From Azolla caroliniana (lineage: Eukaryota > Plantae > Polypodiophyta): a DNA stretch of 64,000 nt. Both the position numbers and the translations under genes were made by a program. The stretch spans positions 5,580,001 to 5,644,000 of the forward strand of contig JBHGNT010000014.1 in the NCBI GenBank assembly GCA_043228905.1. The letters are read 5' to 3'. The notes beneath the pieces were generated by a model that had not been told where the DNA came from, ran no database searches, and saw only the letters and a program-made list of their open reading frames with translations. This document shows, one piece after another, positions 13,470 to 28,508 of the stretch (positions are counted from its first letter, which is position 1; each line of letters opens with the position of its first letter).

Positions 13470-13784
13470 TGTGGCTGATACTAACAAACGACGGAGGATC
13501 TCTTCTTACTTCTTCTTTTTTCTTTTTCTTTTTAATCAAAAGCAGGCATCGCCATCACCGAGATGGTTACAGAAAGCAGATAAAATGCGTACTTCCTCTT
13601 CTTTTTCGTTATTCTAATAATAAGAAGAAGAAGCAGCAGCAGCAGCAGGATGCGTCGACATCGCTGAGAATAAATAATAACATATCAATTAATCAGAAAA
13701 CCTAAGGTCGTCATGGCCCACCTCCACCATCGCTCACTCACTCACTGTGTTTGTTTTGTCAGAGGAAACGAGAGACAGAGACAG

Positions 13785-13815
<31 letters not shown>

Positions 13816-14250
13816 TAGCTTTCTTTCTTTCTAAGTTCTTCTTCTTCTTCTTCCTCCTCCTCCTCCTCCTCCTCCTCTGTTTTCTGCCTCTAATTTCTGA
13901 AATCTATGTATTGTGTATTGTATTGTATGTATGTATATGGTATGTATACAGTATATACATACATCTATTGTATTCTTATTGTATCGTAGTACCACATATC
14001 ATTACATATGTATTGTATGTACATATGTATGCCTTCTATATGTTGTGTAGTGTCCTGCAATGTATTGTATTGTATTGTATTTGTATCGTATTGCATGTAC
14101 GTACATACAGTGTATAGATGTATGTGCATATGTATGTATGTATGCATGTTATGATATGTATGTCTGTATGTGTGTGTGTGCATATGTGTGTGTGCGTGTG
14201 CATATGTATGTATGTACATATTGTAGTGCAAGGTGGTGTAGTGTACTGAG
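13240..14250. repeat. Microsatellite and low-complexity block: (GATGAA)n, (GA)n, (CTT/CCT)n, (TGTAT)n, (TG/TATG)n
   Basis: Read directly from the sequence. Confidence 0.85.
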
Positions 14251-14257
14251 TGTATTC

Positions 14258-14884
14258 TAGGGATCAACAACAGCTCGGCTCAAGCCTAAACCGTTTAACT
14301 AACCGGTTTAAAACGGCTTCTCGGCTCGGCTCGGTTTGGGCTTGAGCCTACCTAAACGGTTTGAGCTCGCCTCGGCTTGGCTTGAGCCTTGCCAAACCGA
14401 CTCAAACCAATTAAGCCGTTTATGTTATTTAAGAATTAAGGTTTAGAAAGCTAGAAATTAGACAGTTAGAAGTTAGACGTTAGAACTTGAAAGTTGATAG
14501 AGAGACATGAAGCCATAGGCAACAGATTGTTGGGTGACAGGAGAGGGAGGGACAGAGAGGGACAGGGAGCCTAACAAGGGATTCGTGGATGTCAACTGAC
14601 AAATCATAGTAGTCTATGGAGAGGGAGTAGTGGAGTTGGGAAGTAGAGTTGAATTTGGACTCGTCGATGGTAAGGCCAAGGGGGGTGGGAGATATGAGGA
14701 GGAGAAGAAGAGTGGTATGGTGTTTTTTGGGTTTCCTCATTGTTTCTCTTTTTTGTCCCAAACTGGTTCACAAACTGGTTCACAAACTGGTTCCCAAACC
14801 GATTCTTAAACCGGTTTAGGGATCGGTTTGGTTTGGTTCAAGCCAAACCGGTTAAGCCTAAACCGAATTGTTGCCCGATTCCCA
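14258..14884. mobile_element. Non-autonomous hAT-like MITE
   Basis: Termini TAGGGATC..AACAA and TTGTTGCCCGATTCCCA; 8-bp TSD GTGTATTC/CTGTATTC; subterminal AAACCG/CGGTTT/CTCGG repeats. Confidence 0.75.
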
Positions 14885-16512
14885 CTGTATTCTATGTATG
14901 TATGTTATGTACAACATTAATTTTCACCACCCAAATGGAGGGGTGAGCCGCAGTGGATAGAAGCCTCCGTCCTTCCTTTCTGTCTTCCGTGGGTTGGCCC
15001 CTGGCCGAGCGGTTGGTTGCCTTGAATCCTCCAAAACCACACAGAGAATTGATCGCATAGGTTGCTCTTGACCTCAATTTCATATCCATGACAAGGAAAC
15101 CCAATGGCCTATTCATCAAAGCCCAAACGATGCCCTTTGTGCGCACACTGTTCGTGCCTAGTTATAGTTTTGATCGCACATCTCCAATGGTTTTGGCTTT
15201 GATCGTAGCCTAAAAGGAGGGTCACGAAATTGATCCCTTTGTAGTGTAGCCTACGTTTTGAAAATATGAGAAGCCATGGTGATGTTTATGTATCCAAAGC
15301 CATAAAAATGTTGGACAAATGGAAATGTGAAGCAATGTGCAAGACTCATTTGACGCTACCATCGAACCCATCATCGGAATACATTGTTACATTCAACCAC
15401 CAAACATGATCGAACGAAATAAAGCTCATTGCACAACAAATACAATGTGATTAATCAAACTAAGCATCATAACTTGTGAAGCCCTCCTAGATCACCTCGC
15501 TTGAGGCCAAATTGGTGCAAAAGTTAGTAGTCAATAACATAGGTTCTAGAGTGTGCATAGAAAATGTCACATGCATTATAGAGTATGATATATAGATACA
15601 TCGAATGAAGCATGGAAGGGGACAAATAGGCTCACAAGTTTGTTATCGTACAACTAGAATGCAAACAATGCCACATGGTCATTGGTCGACCCTCTTTTGA
15701 AAGTGTAGTATTTTGTGGAAGAAAACCAATACAATATGAGGCATTTAGATTTTCACAAACATTGTAGCCCTCATGCGTTCATTAATGGAAGGTGAAGCAA
15801 GCAGGGAATGCCATGATGAATATAGGAGCAATAGTTCATTGTCCATTTTCTTCATAATTTAGATTATAAAAAAATTTCATTGTGAGTCTACCCTCGTACT
15901 TGTTCACCTATAATTGTTTAGCAACATCTAAAGCTCACCAATAATAAGTATACTATAGGCCATGGCATGAAGAAATTATTTATAATTTCTTGAATTTTTC
16001 ATAGTACCTTTTAAATACGGAAACGTAACATACATATAGAATTTAATATTGACTTTAGATAATGCCTTTTGAACAAGTGGATGGAAGTAGCACATTTTAC
16101 GGACAACAATGGGCTTTAACCTATCCACTTATCTAGCACACATTTTTCTCATGTGCTCTTTAGTAATCATCAATCACCAACCACATAAAAAAAACGACTT
16201 GGTATTTTGATGTACATAAATAAAAGGCAATAGATTATAAAAGGTAACCATTCGGTTAAGTGCATGTCCACTTAAGTGTGCCATTATATTACGTGCACTT
16301 TTTATAGAGGTCAAAATCCGGATCAAATAAATTACATTGTTTCATGATGAAATGACATAAAACCAATTTGAAACTATGTTCCAAAGTTCAAACATCCAAA
16401 AAAACAATAAAATGATCAACATTCAATAAAATTGATGATGTGAACCACAAAATGAATTGAACTTAGATATTCCATTCCTACCATTAAATAGGTCGGGCAT
16501 GGGTCTATGAAT

Positions 16513-16682
16513 GGAAAGCTATAAATCGATTAATAGCTCATTATGTGGACTCACATGAAGGGAAAGCTATTAATCGATTAATAGCTCATTATGTTGACTC
16601 ACATGAAGGGAAAGCTACTAATCGATTAATAACTCATTATGTGGACTCACATGAAAAGAAAGTCATTAATCGATTAATAGCA
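16513..16682. repeat. Tandem ~47-bp minisatellite (~3.5 copies) with palindromic TAATCGATTA core
   Basis: GAAAGCTATTAATCGATTAATAGCTCATTATGTGGACTCACATGAAGG is repeated. Confidence 0.85.
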
Positions 16683-19600
16683 ATTGATTGATTAACACAA
16701 GTATGTGGATTCAAATCCCTACTTTTAGGTATTTTTGTTACACTATCTCAACCAAGTATATGGATCATTTCTCCTAAACCACATGCCATATTAGTACATA
16801 TATCAAACTAACGACATCCCGCGCAATCTCCAAACAGTTAACACAATGCCATCTAAACTATGCATATAACCAGAACCTCCCTTCTCTTCTTTCTCTCGTA
16901 TTCATTTATACCATAGACACCAAAAAACATACATAGAAAAGAAACTTGGAGCAACGTGGTGAGCGACAGGGATTGTTGCACTGTGGGAGCAATTACAACA
17001 ACAATGAGGGCTTGAGCGATGGTTGTTGAGGTTGCCCTTTCTCAAAATAAGAACAATTTTTTTGGGGGGTATTTTTCTTTTTTTAGACTAAAAAGCCTTA
17101 AATGCACAACTCGATTAAGTGCACACTTTTTCCTTGTGTTCAAAGTGCTAGCTTAATTGAATGGCTATTGTATTGATCGAGACACGTACTCAAAAAACAA
17201 AGTATCAACTTGTGGTAGATTTTGATTCACTACCCACTTTTCCGTATTCTATTTGATACTTTTCTCTTGATTTCTAGGATAGGCTGTCAAATGAACATGG
17301 ATCCTCACAATTGTTTTCTTTGTACAGAAAATATTTTCGAGGGATCATTTAATGCTTCAAAATGCATTGCTAAGCCTAATGTAATATAAAAAGAATCGTC
17401 TAAGAATATGTAAGTACACCAAGTGCATCCTTAATAAAGTATAGTTTGGGTATATGCCAATATTGTATGACATGTATGATATAAAAAATACCCCCACTTG
17501 TCATCTATGTTGTATTCACATACGTGTAAATATATCATAAAGAATATTCTAGTGAGGTCACAATGCAAACTAAAGTACGTTGTTTGAGTTGAAACATTGA
17601 TGCTCAAGAATTTGGTGTCCAATTGCATTTGTTGAGAAGGAGGCGATGCATTCTTCTCATAGCAAGATGTTTGTGGAATAAGTATCTTACACATGAAGTT
17701 TGGAAAGCGACAACCTTTGATAAACCAGACAAGAATAAATACTTTTTTGGGGGAAAATTCTTAGATTGGCGCATGGCTAATATTAGGAGAGGTTTGTTTC
17801 AAAGTATGTTGTGAAGTGGTCACCATTGTTGGGTATATGTAGAATTGTCTTTGGCTTTTGAGGTTTGGATTGTATCCAATACAAATGTCGCTAGTATATT
17901 GTCATTTGCCTTTCTTATTTTAGTGTCTTAGATACTTTGTCACTTCATTGGAATAACTCTCGACATAAGATGCCTAGACTAAATTGCTCAACTTGGGATG
18001 TAATATTGTATCCAAAGAGGAAAGTAGTTTCCAATTTGTTTTTGCAAGGAGTTAGGAATAGGTCAAAAAATGAAAGTCTAAATTTTTAAGTGCAAATTTC
18101 TTGAGAACTAATTATATGCCCATCAATAATGTCTATGGGTCAACTCATAAAGGTTTTCTAAATTCCTCGTGGACATTCCATGCACATAAATTAATATCTA
18201 TATGCCAAGACATGCATAAGGATTTAATGGCATAATTCCGATGCCACTTGTACACAATTTTGGCAATGTTTTAATTGTGCATTAATGTTTATTTAATAGA
18301 TTTGTTTGCACCTTTACTTATTAGGAAATTGTCAATTAAAGTAACACAATGTCTATCAAATTACTTAGTTTCTATAAAATATTTCTCATATATATCCATT
18401 GAAGGTTTTAGGTTGTGTTTGAAAATTCTCAACATTTAAATGTCATATAATTATAATCAAGTCTCTGAAGAGTCCTAATTGGGGAGGATTTGGGTTAGAA
18501 GCGCTCGTAAAGAATGTGCCAATGATATTGATGAACAAGACAATCAAGAGACACAAATGCTAGGAATATTGTAGTGAGATTATTTTGAACATTACAATGA
18601 GTTGATGAGCGCAACGAGTCTCGATTTGATGGTGTTCTTGTAAAGCCTACTATACATGAGTGTGATGAGTCCCCATTTGATGGTGGTTGCTTATATTTGG
18701 TCGCGTTAAATTGAGCACAAGAAAGTCTACGGAATATATCCTCCATGTTCACATCTCTCAAGATTGTTTTGGTCAACATTTGTTATCATTGTCAGTTATG
18801 AAAGCCTCATACATGAAGGAAGCCTTAAAACAAGAACTAACACTAGGTTTTGCTATGTAATACTTCTCACACATTATTATTCTCTTCCTTTGATTTTAAT
18901 CAACCTCGTTTTATGATTACCACATAATGCTTATTTCCTTGTATTTGATGCATGGTCTCCCATGTATGCAATTATCCCTTCAAAACCATTTAATTTTTTT
19001 GCCTACTTTTAACATCTTCAAGGAGAAACTAATGACATTAAGAGACTTTGAAAGCTAGGAACTTCTAGTGAGAATTTCTTGTCTTTACAACTACTCATTT
19101 AAAATTTAGACTTGTAAAAAGGTAACTACTCGGATTGTTGAGGCTTGCAACCACAATCTTATAACTACAAAGCACAAGTAATACCATCATACTTAGCCCA
19201 CAACTATCCCTCATGTTGAATCATCTGTATGAATCCGACCATCTCCTCCATCTTCATTTGAAAAGGAATAATGACGATTCATGGTAGGGAAGATATGTCC
19301 ATAATTTGATCATAGGCTGACTCAAGTACTAACAAGTACTTTAATGCTCACATAAGAGCATCTGACACAAATTGTACCTAATATTCCTATTACTAAGAAT
19401 AGGAATAAAGGCCTGCAACGACATGTCCAGTTGTCGAATTCTTTGGTGGATCAGGTATATGGCTGCCAGTGAATCCAACTATCGGCTTCTTCAGTCGATC
19501 CTTAAGCTGGTTCGGCTTCATGTTAAGCTTGTCTCTCAACACTCCCCCTCAAGCTCAACTTGAGGTTCCTTGTCAGCTCCAACTAGTCTATCGCTCTAGC

Positions 19601-20367
19601 TTCTCTTGGCTTCACGCCTACTTGCTCATGCTCCTCAATCCCTCCAATAGGTTTGTCTACTCCTAAGGCCCTCATCGGCCTTCTTCACGCCCTTTCGGTT
19701 TCTGCACCCTCTGATCCATCAACTTTCCCACCTTGGCATCGTCTTTGGCTGCCCTCTCATCCGTTTGCTGTTTTCGTGATTTGGCTCGTTTGAATCATCT
19801 CCTTCATGCAAAGCAATTGTCTTTGATTTGTCTTTTTCTTCGACTCTCCCCTTGCCTTCGGTTGGTTCAAATTCTTTCGCTCCGCCGCTCCCGTCCGATC
19901 TCTCATCTATCTCCTCTTCGACCTTGACTCTTCCCCTCAAGTTCGGCATATCAAGGTGTTGTAACCCAAGCATGTGTGAAAAATGCCACGACTTGTCAAG
20001 TCCTACAGGTTTGGCGAAGATGTCGTGCACCTACCGATCAATCAGATTGTATTGCAATTCCATTTCACCATTGAGAATACGCTCGTGCCCAAAGTGGTAA
20101 TGCACTTTGATGTGCTTTGTCTAAGCATGGAAGACGAGGTTCTTAGTGAGCTGGATGTTGCTAAGGTTGTCATAGTAGATCATTGTCGGATCGACAACCT
20201 CCACATGCAAATTCTTCAATAACCACTTAAGTCATATGGCCTCGCACATAACGATAGCCGCTCCTTTGTATTCAGCCGCAATGCTCAAGAGTGCCACTGT
20301 CGGCTGCTTCTTGCTGCACTAGACAATCATTGCACTCCCCAAGGAGAAGGTATATCCATATGTTAAT

Positions 20368-21996
20368 TGTTAGGAATTGACCGACCACAACTGGTTTCAC
20401 GTGCCAAAATCAGAACTATTACACAGATAGAAAAACTTAAAGACATAGAGACACCAATATTTTATGTGGACAACCCGAAATGATCACTATATGTCCACAA
20501 ACCCTAACAAATTGACCACTATAGTAGAGAGGAAGTACAAATACGGAACTCGGAGGCAATGACCTTGAGTTCTTCTTCGTCTGACAGACGACTACAAAGT
20601 TATAGTTTCACTCTCTCACTCTCTCACTCACAATTATAGAGGCAACTACCTTGTTCGAACGTTTACAATAATGGTCCACAACAAATACTTCTAAAGTTTG
20701 CCCTAGTTACTTATGAGCAAAAGTAACTTTCTGGCTATTTACTAATATAGCCCCCAAGGGGCATTTCAGACTATTTGCAATTATAGTCTTCTGAAACGAT
20801 TTCGGCATCTGATTTCAATATCGGTTTCGGTTTCGGTTTCTATTTTGGCCTCGACCAAGATACTCACCAACATGGTACTTCTCTTCCCATCTAGAGGGAC
20901 ATGTTTCCCAACAAACTCCCCCTTCACTTTGGCATGGGGTATTTCACCAAACTGACTCTTTGTCGGCACGTGTTTAACTTTTTAGTTGACAACACCTTTG
21001 TTAGCATATCCGATCTATTTTTCGGCCGTGTGGATCTTCACTAGAGACAACTCCTTTTCTTCTACTTGCTCTCGGAGCCAATGATATCTTCTCTAGATGT
21101 GTTTGGTTCTCGAGTGGTAGGCAACATTTTTCGCAAGGTGGATGGCACTCTGGTTATCACAATGGAGTTGGAATTCCTCCTACCTGATGAGGTAGAGATG
21201 ATAGAAAGGAGAGATAAGGAAGATAAACAGACCCAAAACCACAAAGATCTATTGCTAATGAATAATTATGATGGAAGGAAGAGAGAAAGAAGATACATAA
21301 ATCCAAGTCTACTTGGATAAATTGATAACAACTCAACCAACACTACGTGAATAGGCAAGAAAATATCATAAGAAAGAGATTCTCTCACCACCTTACTCTT
21401 CTTCCTTTATATAAAGTTCTCTTCCATTGGATAAGCTTCCCTTGCTTTCTTTTTTATGCTTTTTTTAGAGTTTTCATCGAGTCCTATTCTTATCTATGAC
21501 ACAACGATCTTCAAATCATCATATCTCCCTCATCCAAGCTCTAAATTTAGAGCTTTAAAAAGCTATGGATAGCTCTCTTCACAAGCTTTCCAACCCATAT
21601 TTGCACATTATATTTGGCTTCCAAACGAATGAGTTATGAGCGTTCGTTACAAACTGTATTTTGGTGGCCCGCTTTTTTCTTCTTTCACTTTTCTCCACGT
21701 CTCTTGCTTTTTATTTGACTTATCCTTAAGACCTTAGCTCATGATCTTGCCCTCTGGATGTGAACGCACCATACCTTATATTCTTGTAGACTTCAATACC
21801 TTGAATTCTAAAAACACTTTCACATTTAGCCCTCCCCCTTGCTTTTTGGTGAACCATTTATGGTGACCCTAAGCTACTAATAAAACCAAATTCTCCTTCG
21901 CCTTATTCATGGCTATAGACAAAGAAGGAGAGAATAAATCAAACAAATTATGTAAGTAAAACCCCCGCTAGTCGATAGGAAAAACCTCACACTTCT

Positions 21997-22042
<46 letters not shown>

Positions 22043-25000
22043 AATTGCCATCACCATCTTTCTAAAAAAATATTTACCCCACAAGTATAGTTTATTAATC
22101 CCCCTTTCAAAAAAAATATTTACCCCCATATATATCTTTCTCTCCTCCATATATAGTGATGGAAGAGTCTATGTTTACCACATGCAAGCATCATGCCTTT
22201 TTTAACTTTAGTTTTCATGCACACTACATGTGCATGATTAACTTTCTATCACATCTTTTTATTTAACTCGAGTATGTATGCATGAATTACTTTTTCTATC
22301 ATGCTTATCTAGAATATTTACATGGGATAAAGTTGAGTATAACTTTAAAACTCATAATATCCTAGTACAATGGTAAGGCTTAAAATCGTTAACATGGAGG
22401 TATAGGGTTCAAATCTTGCCCTATGCATGTAACATAATTATAGTAGTATTTCTCTTATTTCTTTATACTTAGTCAATCTGGTACTTCACCATATTTTACG
22501 TAGTGTACGAAGTACACCACAACAACGTATCCAGACGTGGATCGGCTAGTATCTACATCAACCAACATGTATGAATCCATGTAACCTTCCAATGTGGGGT
22601 TTCTTGAGCCGAAACGAAGACACATGCACTCGGTGCCTCTCAGATACCGTAATATCCACTTCACGGCCGCCAATGGTCTCTTCCGGGATTGCTCATATAT
22701 CGGCTGCCTACTTCGACAACATATCCAATGTTCGACTTGGTACAAACCATCGCGTACATTAGGCTTCCAACCGCCAAGGCATAAGGGACTTTCGACATCT
22801 TGGCTTTTTCGGTTTTCCATTTCGGACATTGATCTTTGCTTAGCTTGCAGTTCGTCGGCAATGTCAAGCCGACCGGTTTTGCGCTTTCCATGCTGAATCT
22901 CTTGAGCACCTTTGTCATGTATTTTTCTTGTGACAACCGAACACCCTCAAATGTCGGTACGACACACACGTCTTTGCCACTCCACACCCTTTGTGGAATA
23001 TCATCGTCCAAGGGTACTGACGGTGATCGGTTTATCACGTACGCTGCCGTCATCAGCGCCTCAGCCCAGAACGTCTTCAGTAACTTAGCATGTGCGAGCA
23101 TACATCAAACCCTTTCCATTACGGTCCGGTTCATTCTCTCGGCCAACCCATTAAGCTCTAGAGTCTTCGGTAGTATACTTGAGCCGGATTCCTTGATTTC
23201 GGTAGTATTCCTCGAACAGTCAACGATACTCTCTATCATTATCCGCTCGGACTGCGTTCAGTTTTCGGTCGGTTTCTCTCTCGACCCTTGCTTGGAACTC
23301 TTTGAAGACACATAACACTTGATCCTTCGTCTTCAGCATGGAAGCCCACAACTTCTGGCTACAGTCATCAATGAAGGTCACGAAATACTGTGAACCACCA
23401 TGTGACTTCGTGTCCACATAGCATACATCTGTATGCACGAGTTCCAACGACATTTTCTTCCTCATCGGGGGCCTCGTTCAAAAGGATGTTCAATTCTACT
23501 TACCGGCGAAGCAATCCGTGCACTTCTCAAGTTGCACATTCTTCACCTTAGAAATGAGGTTGTCCTCGACAAGCTTTCGCATCCCCTTCTGGCTCATATG
23601 ACACAACCTCCTGTGCCATAGTTCACCGACCGTGTCGGCTGCCACGTTTGCTTCCCCTTGGCACATCCGAGCATTCATTATGTATAGTGTCTTGGTCTTC
23701 TGAGCTCGAACCACGATCAAAATTCCTTGGCAAAACTTCATGATATCGTTTCAGATGCTACCTGTGTAGCCTTCATCATCTAGCCGACCGATTGATATTA
23801 GGTTCAATTAAACCTCCGGAACATGTCGTACATCTCTCAACACGAGTTTGCACCTGGTTGAGGTTTCCAAACACACATCTCCAATGCCAACGATTCAGCA
23901 TGCTCCTTCATTTCCCATCCTTACGGATCCGAGATCCTTGGCTCTATAGGATGAGAAGAACTTTCGGTCAGGGGTTAGGTGGAATGACGCATCCGAATCG
24001 GCCACCCATGTTGATTCTTCGCCAACGAGATTCACTTCGTTTTGCTCACTAATGAGCAACAACTCCTCCTCACTCGCGACAATTGCTGAGGTGTTCTTTT
24101 TGTCTGGGATTTTCTTCGACTCTACACCATAAGCTCCCCCTTTCTCCTTTTGAAAGTGTCGATAGTTTTTCTGGAAGTGCCTCGACTTCCCACAATAGAA
24201 GCATGTGGGTCTCCACCTCAACTTCGACCTGGTTCCCAACTTATCTCGGTTCTGGGGACTTCGATTTCAGCCTCTTCCCCGAATTGTCACCTTCCGTGAC
24301 TAAGGCCTTCTGGTCGGTATTGGACTCACGGTCCTTCGGGCAAGCTTCTTTGTTTAGCAAGCTCGACTTCACTTGCTCTAGGGATAAATGCTTCCCTTCT
24401 GGCCCGACGTTGCCCAAAGTGACAACGAGCGTCTCCCAACTGTCCGGAAGGGATCCTAGCAACAATGCTAATACCTCATCGGCCAGGGGTACTTCTAGAG
24501 AAGTGGTTTGGTTCATCAATCCTTGGAAGGCATTGATGTGCTCCGCCATACTGGAGCCATCCTAATACCGGAGCGTCACGATTTTTCGAAATATTGAGAC
24601 TCGGTTCACGACGTTCTTGTTTTCGAACATGACGTCGATCTTCTTCCATAGGACGTTTGCTTCTATTTCTTCGCCGAAGTTGTTGTATAGACTCATGTCT
24701 ATAAAACACCTTATATATGCGACCGTCTTCAGATGCAACACTTCCCAAGTCGCTGCATCGATCTTGTCTGGTCATTTATCTCCGAACTGCACCGGCAACC
24801 AGAGGTCTTTACACACGAGCATGTCTCTCATCTTCGACTTCCACACTAAGTAGTTGGAGCAGGTTAGCTTAAACATGCCGCCAAATGAGTCTTCCATCAC
24901 TCTGATACCACTTTGTTAGGAATCGACCAACCACAACCGGTTTCAGGTTCGGATTGGTGTGTAGAAATCATGAACTAGTACACAGACAGAAAAACGTAAA

Positions 25001-25458
25001 GACATAGAGACACCAATATTTTACGTGGAAAACCCGAGATGGGAAAAACCACAAGGGTCCACAAACCTCGAGAAATAGATCACTATAGTAGAGAGGAAGT
25101 ACAAATATGGAACTTGGAGGCAACAACCTGGAGTTCTCCTTCGTCTGATAGACGGCTATAGAATTACACTCTCACTCTCTCACTCACGGTTACAAACGTA
25201 CTACCTCATTCTAACGTTTACAAGAATGGTCCACAACACATACTTCTAAAGTTTGCCCTAGTTACTTATGAGCAAAAGCAACTTCTAAAGTATAGCCCCT
25301 AAGGGGCATTTTAGACTATTTGCAATTATAGTCTTCCGAAACGATTTCGGTTTCCAATTTCGATATCGATATTGGTTTCGGTTTCTGTTTCGGCCTCGAT
25401 CGAGATACTCACCAATACGATACTTCTCTTCCAATCTAGATGGACATGTTTCCCAACA
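20368..25458 (-). mobile_element. Nested Ty1/copia with both LTRs (20368-20913 and 24914-25458), TSD TTAAT, Met PBS ~24899-24910, PPT ~20916-20925; pol decayed with internal deletions
   Basis: TG...CA LTR pair; gag LLGSLPDSWETLVV and CFYCGKSRH; protease WVADSDASFH; integrase LELVHTDVC and FWAEALMTAAY. Confidence 0.92.
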
Positions 25459-27758
25459 TTAATCATTGATCACTTGTGTGTTCGGCCCAATCGACATCTG
25501 TGTAGCTGACCAGCTATTAGGCTACACATGTCCGATACAACAACCCATGATCCTTAGTGGCGCTGACATATTGCAATATCCTTTACACGCATTGAAGATG
25601 TTAGACCGTTCGCTTCAACAGGAATTGACTTATCAGACCAATTGGATAACTGAGGCTTGGTTGGGTGATAGTCAAATAGATAGAGGCTTAACAATGTACC
25701 GAAACCGTATCATGTTGCAAGTAGTCCCTGATTCAATGCGAAGCTTGATAGTCCCGTCAAGAGGAGTTGCGACAGATCGACTGTAATCCTTCATGAGGAA
25801 TTTGAAGAGCATATTCAACACATAAATTATGCCTTTGGCTGATCAATATGCTTTTTGGGGTTCGGATCACTTTGATCCTAAGGAAGTAGTGAAGGTCCCC
25901 CAAGTCCTTCATCTCAAATGTTGCTACCTATTGAGACTTACTCGAACCTCTTTGGTTTGGGGGTTATAACATTTATAACACTTTTGCTCATTCGAATAGT
26001 TGATGGGTATACACTTCTCGGCATTCGGGTCCAACTTTCTCTGCTTCTCTTTGGCACATGCACATATGCGACATTGTTGAACACCCTCACTCGGGTCCAA
26101 CTTACTCGGGTCCAACTGAGACATAGTGAAGGAAGTAGTGTGCCAAATTCGGCTTCTTCTCAAAGTATAGCTTGTGTGGCGAAACTTTGCCTTTGTTTGC
26201 AAATGCTCGATTATGAAGATAAACGGTTGTCCTAACCGCTTTGAGCTTGTAAAATTTTGGCATATTCTTCTCCTTGAGCATTTCCCTTGTCACTTTCTCT
26301 ATTTTTATTTTATTTTTTTAGTTTTGATGATTGGATAAATACCCCATTTTGTTGTACACCAATTGTCTCATGGGCCAAATTTGGCCTTAGAAGACGTTAA
26401 TATATCTTTCTTTCTTCTTTCTATCGTTGGTTCTTCCTTTCAGCCACACTATTCTACTTTAACATGATTTGCAGGAGAATTCCCACTGAATTCCTTCCTT
26501 TTGCAGATAACTTGAGAACTGGCCGGAAAAGTACTTTTTTCCGCCATTAGACCTCATGCAATTGATCTTTCTTCTTGTCTCCTGTTCAATATGCTTTTCA
26601 GCTTCAAAAAGCATGAGATGACTTCACTTTTCTTCTCGATCAAGTAGGCCCAAGTAGGCCCAAATATTGGCTCCCACCAATGCTCACGTTTTGTGTCGGT
26701 CCTCATAGATTAAATCGAGCTTGTTACGACTCCGATTGTGCTCATTGAGGAATGGAAGCCGATGTTACTTCCCTAGTTGTTAGGCTTCACATATCTAGCC
26801 GTTCTGGCCATTGAACTTTGGCAAGCCGAAAATTGTTTGTTTCGCCTGCATTTCTTGAAGCTTCGGGAAGTTAATGTGGCTAACTGCTTATGCCACAGGT
26901 CAATGTTCAACTCAAACATTTTCCCTTTCACGAACATAGTAGTGCCGACGTCATTTGTACTGAGGATCAACATCCTCCCGTCTTTGCACTCTCGCGCAAT
27001 GATCCACCCTTCATCTTCGATGAAACACATGTGATGAGTGAAGTGAACATGCATGCCTTACTTGACTATTTGTCCAACCGACACCAAATTCTTGGTGATT
27101 GTCAACACATGTAGGACGTTCCTCATTATTCCTCTATAGCCGACGTGGCTCAAAGGGACATCTTGGATGTGTTCGATGGAATGGACAGTGTCATTGACGG
27201 TCTCGATGACACCCGGTTGCTTTGGCTTCTCAAGTGTTGAGAACCATTCCGCATGGTTCGTCATGTGATTCGGCGCGCCGAAGTCAACATACCACACCTC
27301 ATTCGGCTTCGAGGTGCCCCATCCCTTCGATTGGCCTTGTGCTTCATAGAAAATGCAGGGTCTATTCTGGCACGCCCCATGCCTTCAGTGTAGTGCAATC
27401 ATTGCAAAAACTTGAAATCATCAATACTTGATCCGACTTTATCCAAATTGGCACGTTTCTTCCAACACTCCCTTTCTTTGTGGCCTTTCTTGCCACAATA
27501 CTAACAGTCAATGGTCTTTGCTTGCCATCTTCTAGCACCACCTCGACTCACCCTACTCGTGCAAGGTCCATTTCTGTTGTTGACACCCATGATGTGCCTC
27601 TAATTTTGCTCATGTCGGTTGCCACTCTTACGCGTCGATCCACCTCCCCACCATGACTATGGAGCCAATCCACCTCCGTCTACAACATTTGGTTATCGGC
27701 GCGCGTGCTTCTCAATGCACCCACATGGTTCTCGTCAACTAGGAGCATTGACTATTAG

Positions 27759-28508
27759 TATCATGAAGACAATACATTTTGGCGACAACTTCTTGGTCTA
27801 TGTGTTAAACCTTTAACCATTATAATAACATATATGATGTATAGTCATAATAATTATATCATTAGTTCTTACAAGATATTTAGAGTATTCTCTAAGAACA
27901 TTGTAGAATATTCCATGATTATGTAGAATAGACTACTAGAGCAATTGATTACCCAATTGATTTGTAGCTCAGAAAAAAGCCTCCATGGAGGCCAATTTAT
28001 AGCCTTTCACCCATGGAGCTAGAGGTTTTTCGGGAATATATCGATGAGAACTTGACAAATGGGTATATCTGTCATAGATATGATGCCGTGATGGAATGTA
28101 GGGATTGAACCCATGACCTCCTGAACTTATTGGGTAACCTTACCAATTGAACTACATCCATTTGTGCATTATTGTATATGATTAAACTTCTTACATTGTA
28201 GATTCATCACTAAAACTTTCAAGAAACTTCTAGACAATGCATCTTCATGCATTCTCCAAAAGTTTCCTAGCTTGCATGTGTCCTCATGCATTTTCTAGAA
28301 TATTCATAGCTTTCATGCATACCTCCTCGTTCTTGTATAAATACTCAATTACACCTTGATTCTAATCAAGGTGAACACCACCAGTTTCGAGAGCATAAAT
28401 TCAATTCTTGTTCTCTTGTTTATTTTCTCTCTCTTGCTTGTTCTCTTGTCTATGCTCTCTCTGTCTCTCTCTCTCTCAGTATCTAGCCTCGTCTACTTGT
28501 CCATGACA
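27759..28508 (+). mobile_element. LTR of a plus-strand gypsy element whose RT (28540-28570 and 37910-38580) is split by the chromovirus; contains an antisense tRNA-like module
   Basis: TATCATGAAG...CCATGACA; TATAAATA ~28337; RT IFFVKKKYG|GSL..VDYWGL and [13 protein letters not shown]; related LTR piece at ~40114-40449. Confidence 0.7.
28088..28160 (-). other. tRNA-like module in LTR (homologue ~52278-52345, plus strand)
   Basis: Revcomp GGATGTAGTTCAATTGGTAAGG...GGAGGTCATGGGTTCAATCCCTACATTCCA; the homologue has TAGCTCAATTGGTAG. Confidence 0.7.

Noticed and set aside
13147-14270. Several 60-134 aa ORFs
   Set aside because: They are translations of microsatellites (poly-K, ER, LH, CIV repeats).
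16513-16682. Regular palindromic repeats that resemble a CRISPR array
   Set aside because: Units are near-identical along their whole length with no unique spacers, there are no cas genes and the context is eukaryotic; it is a minisatellite.
16690-16725. GGATTCAAATCCC as another B-box/tRNA-like module
   Set aside because: No upstream A-box or D-loop-like segment and no LTR context; too weak.
15200-19300. AT-rich region, possibly a decayed DNA transposon
   Set aside because: No convincing protein motif, TIR or TSD could be read.
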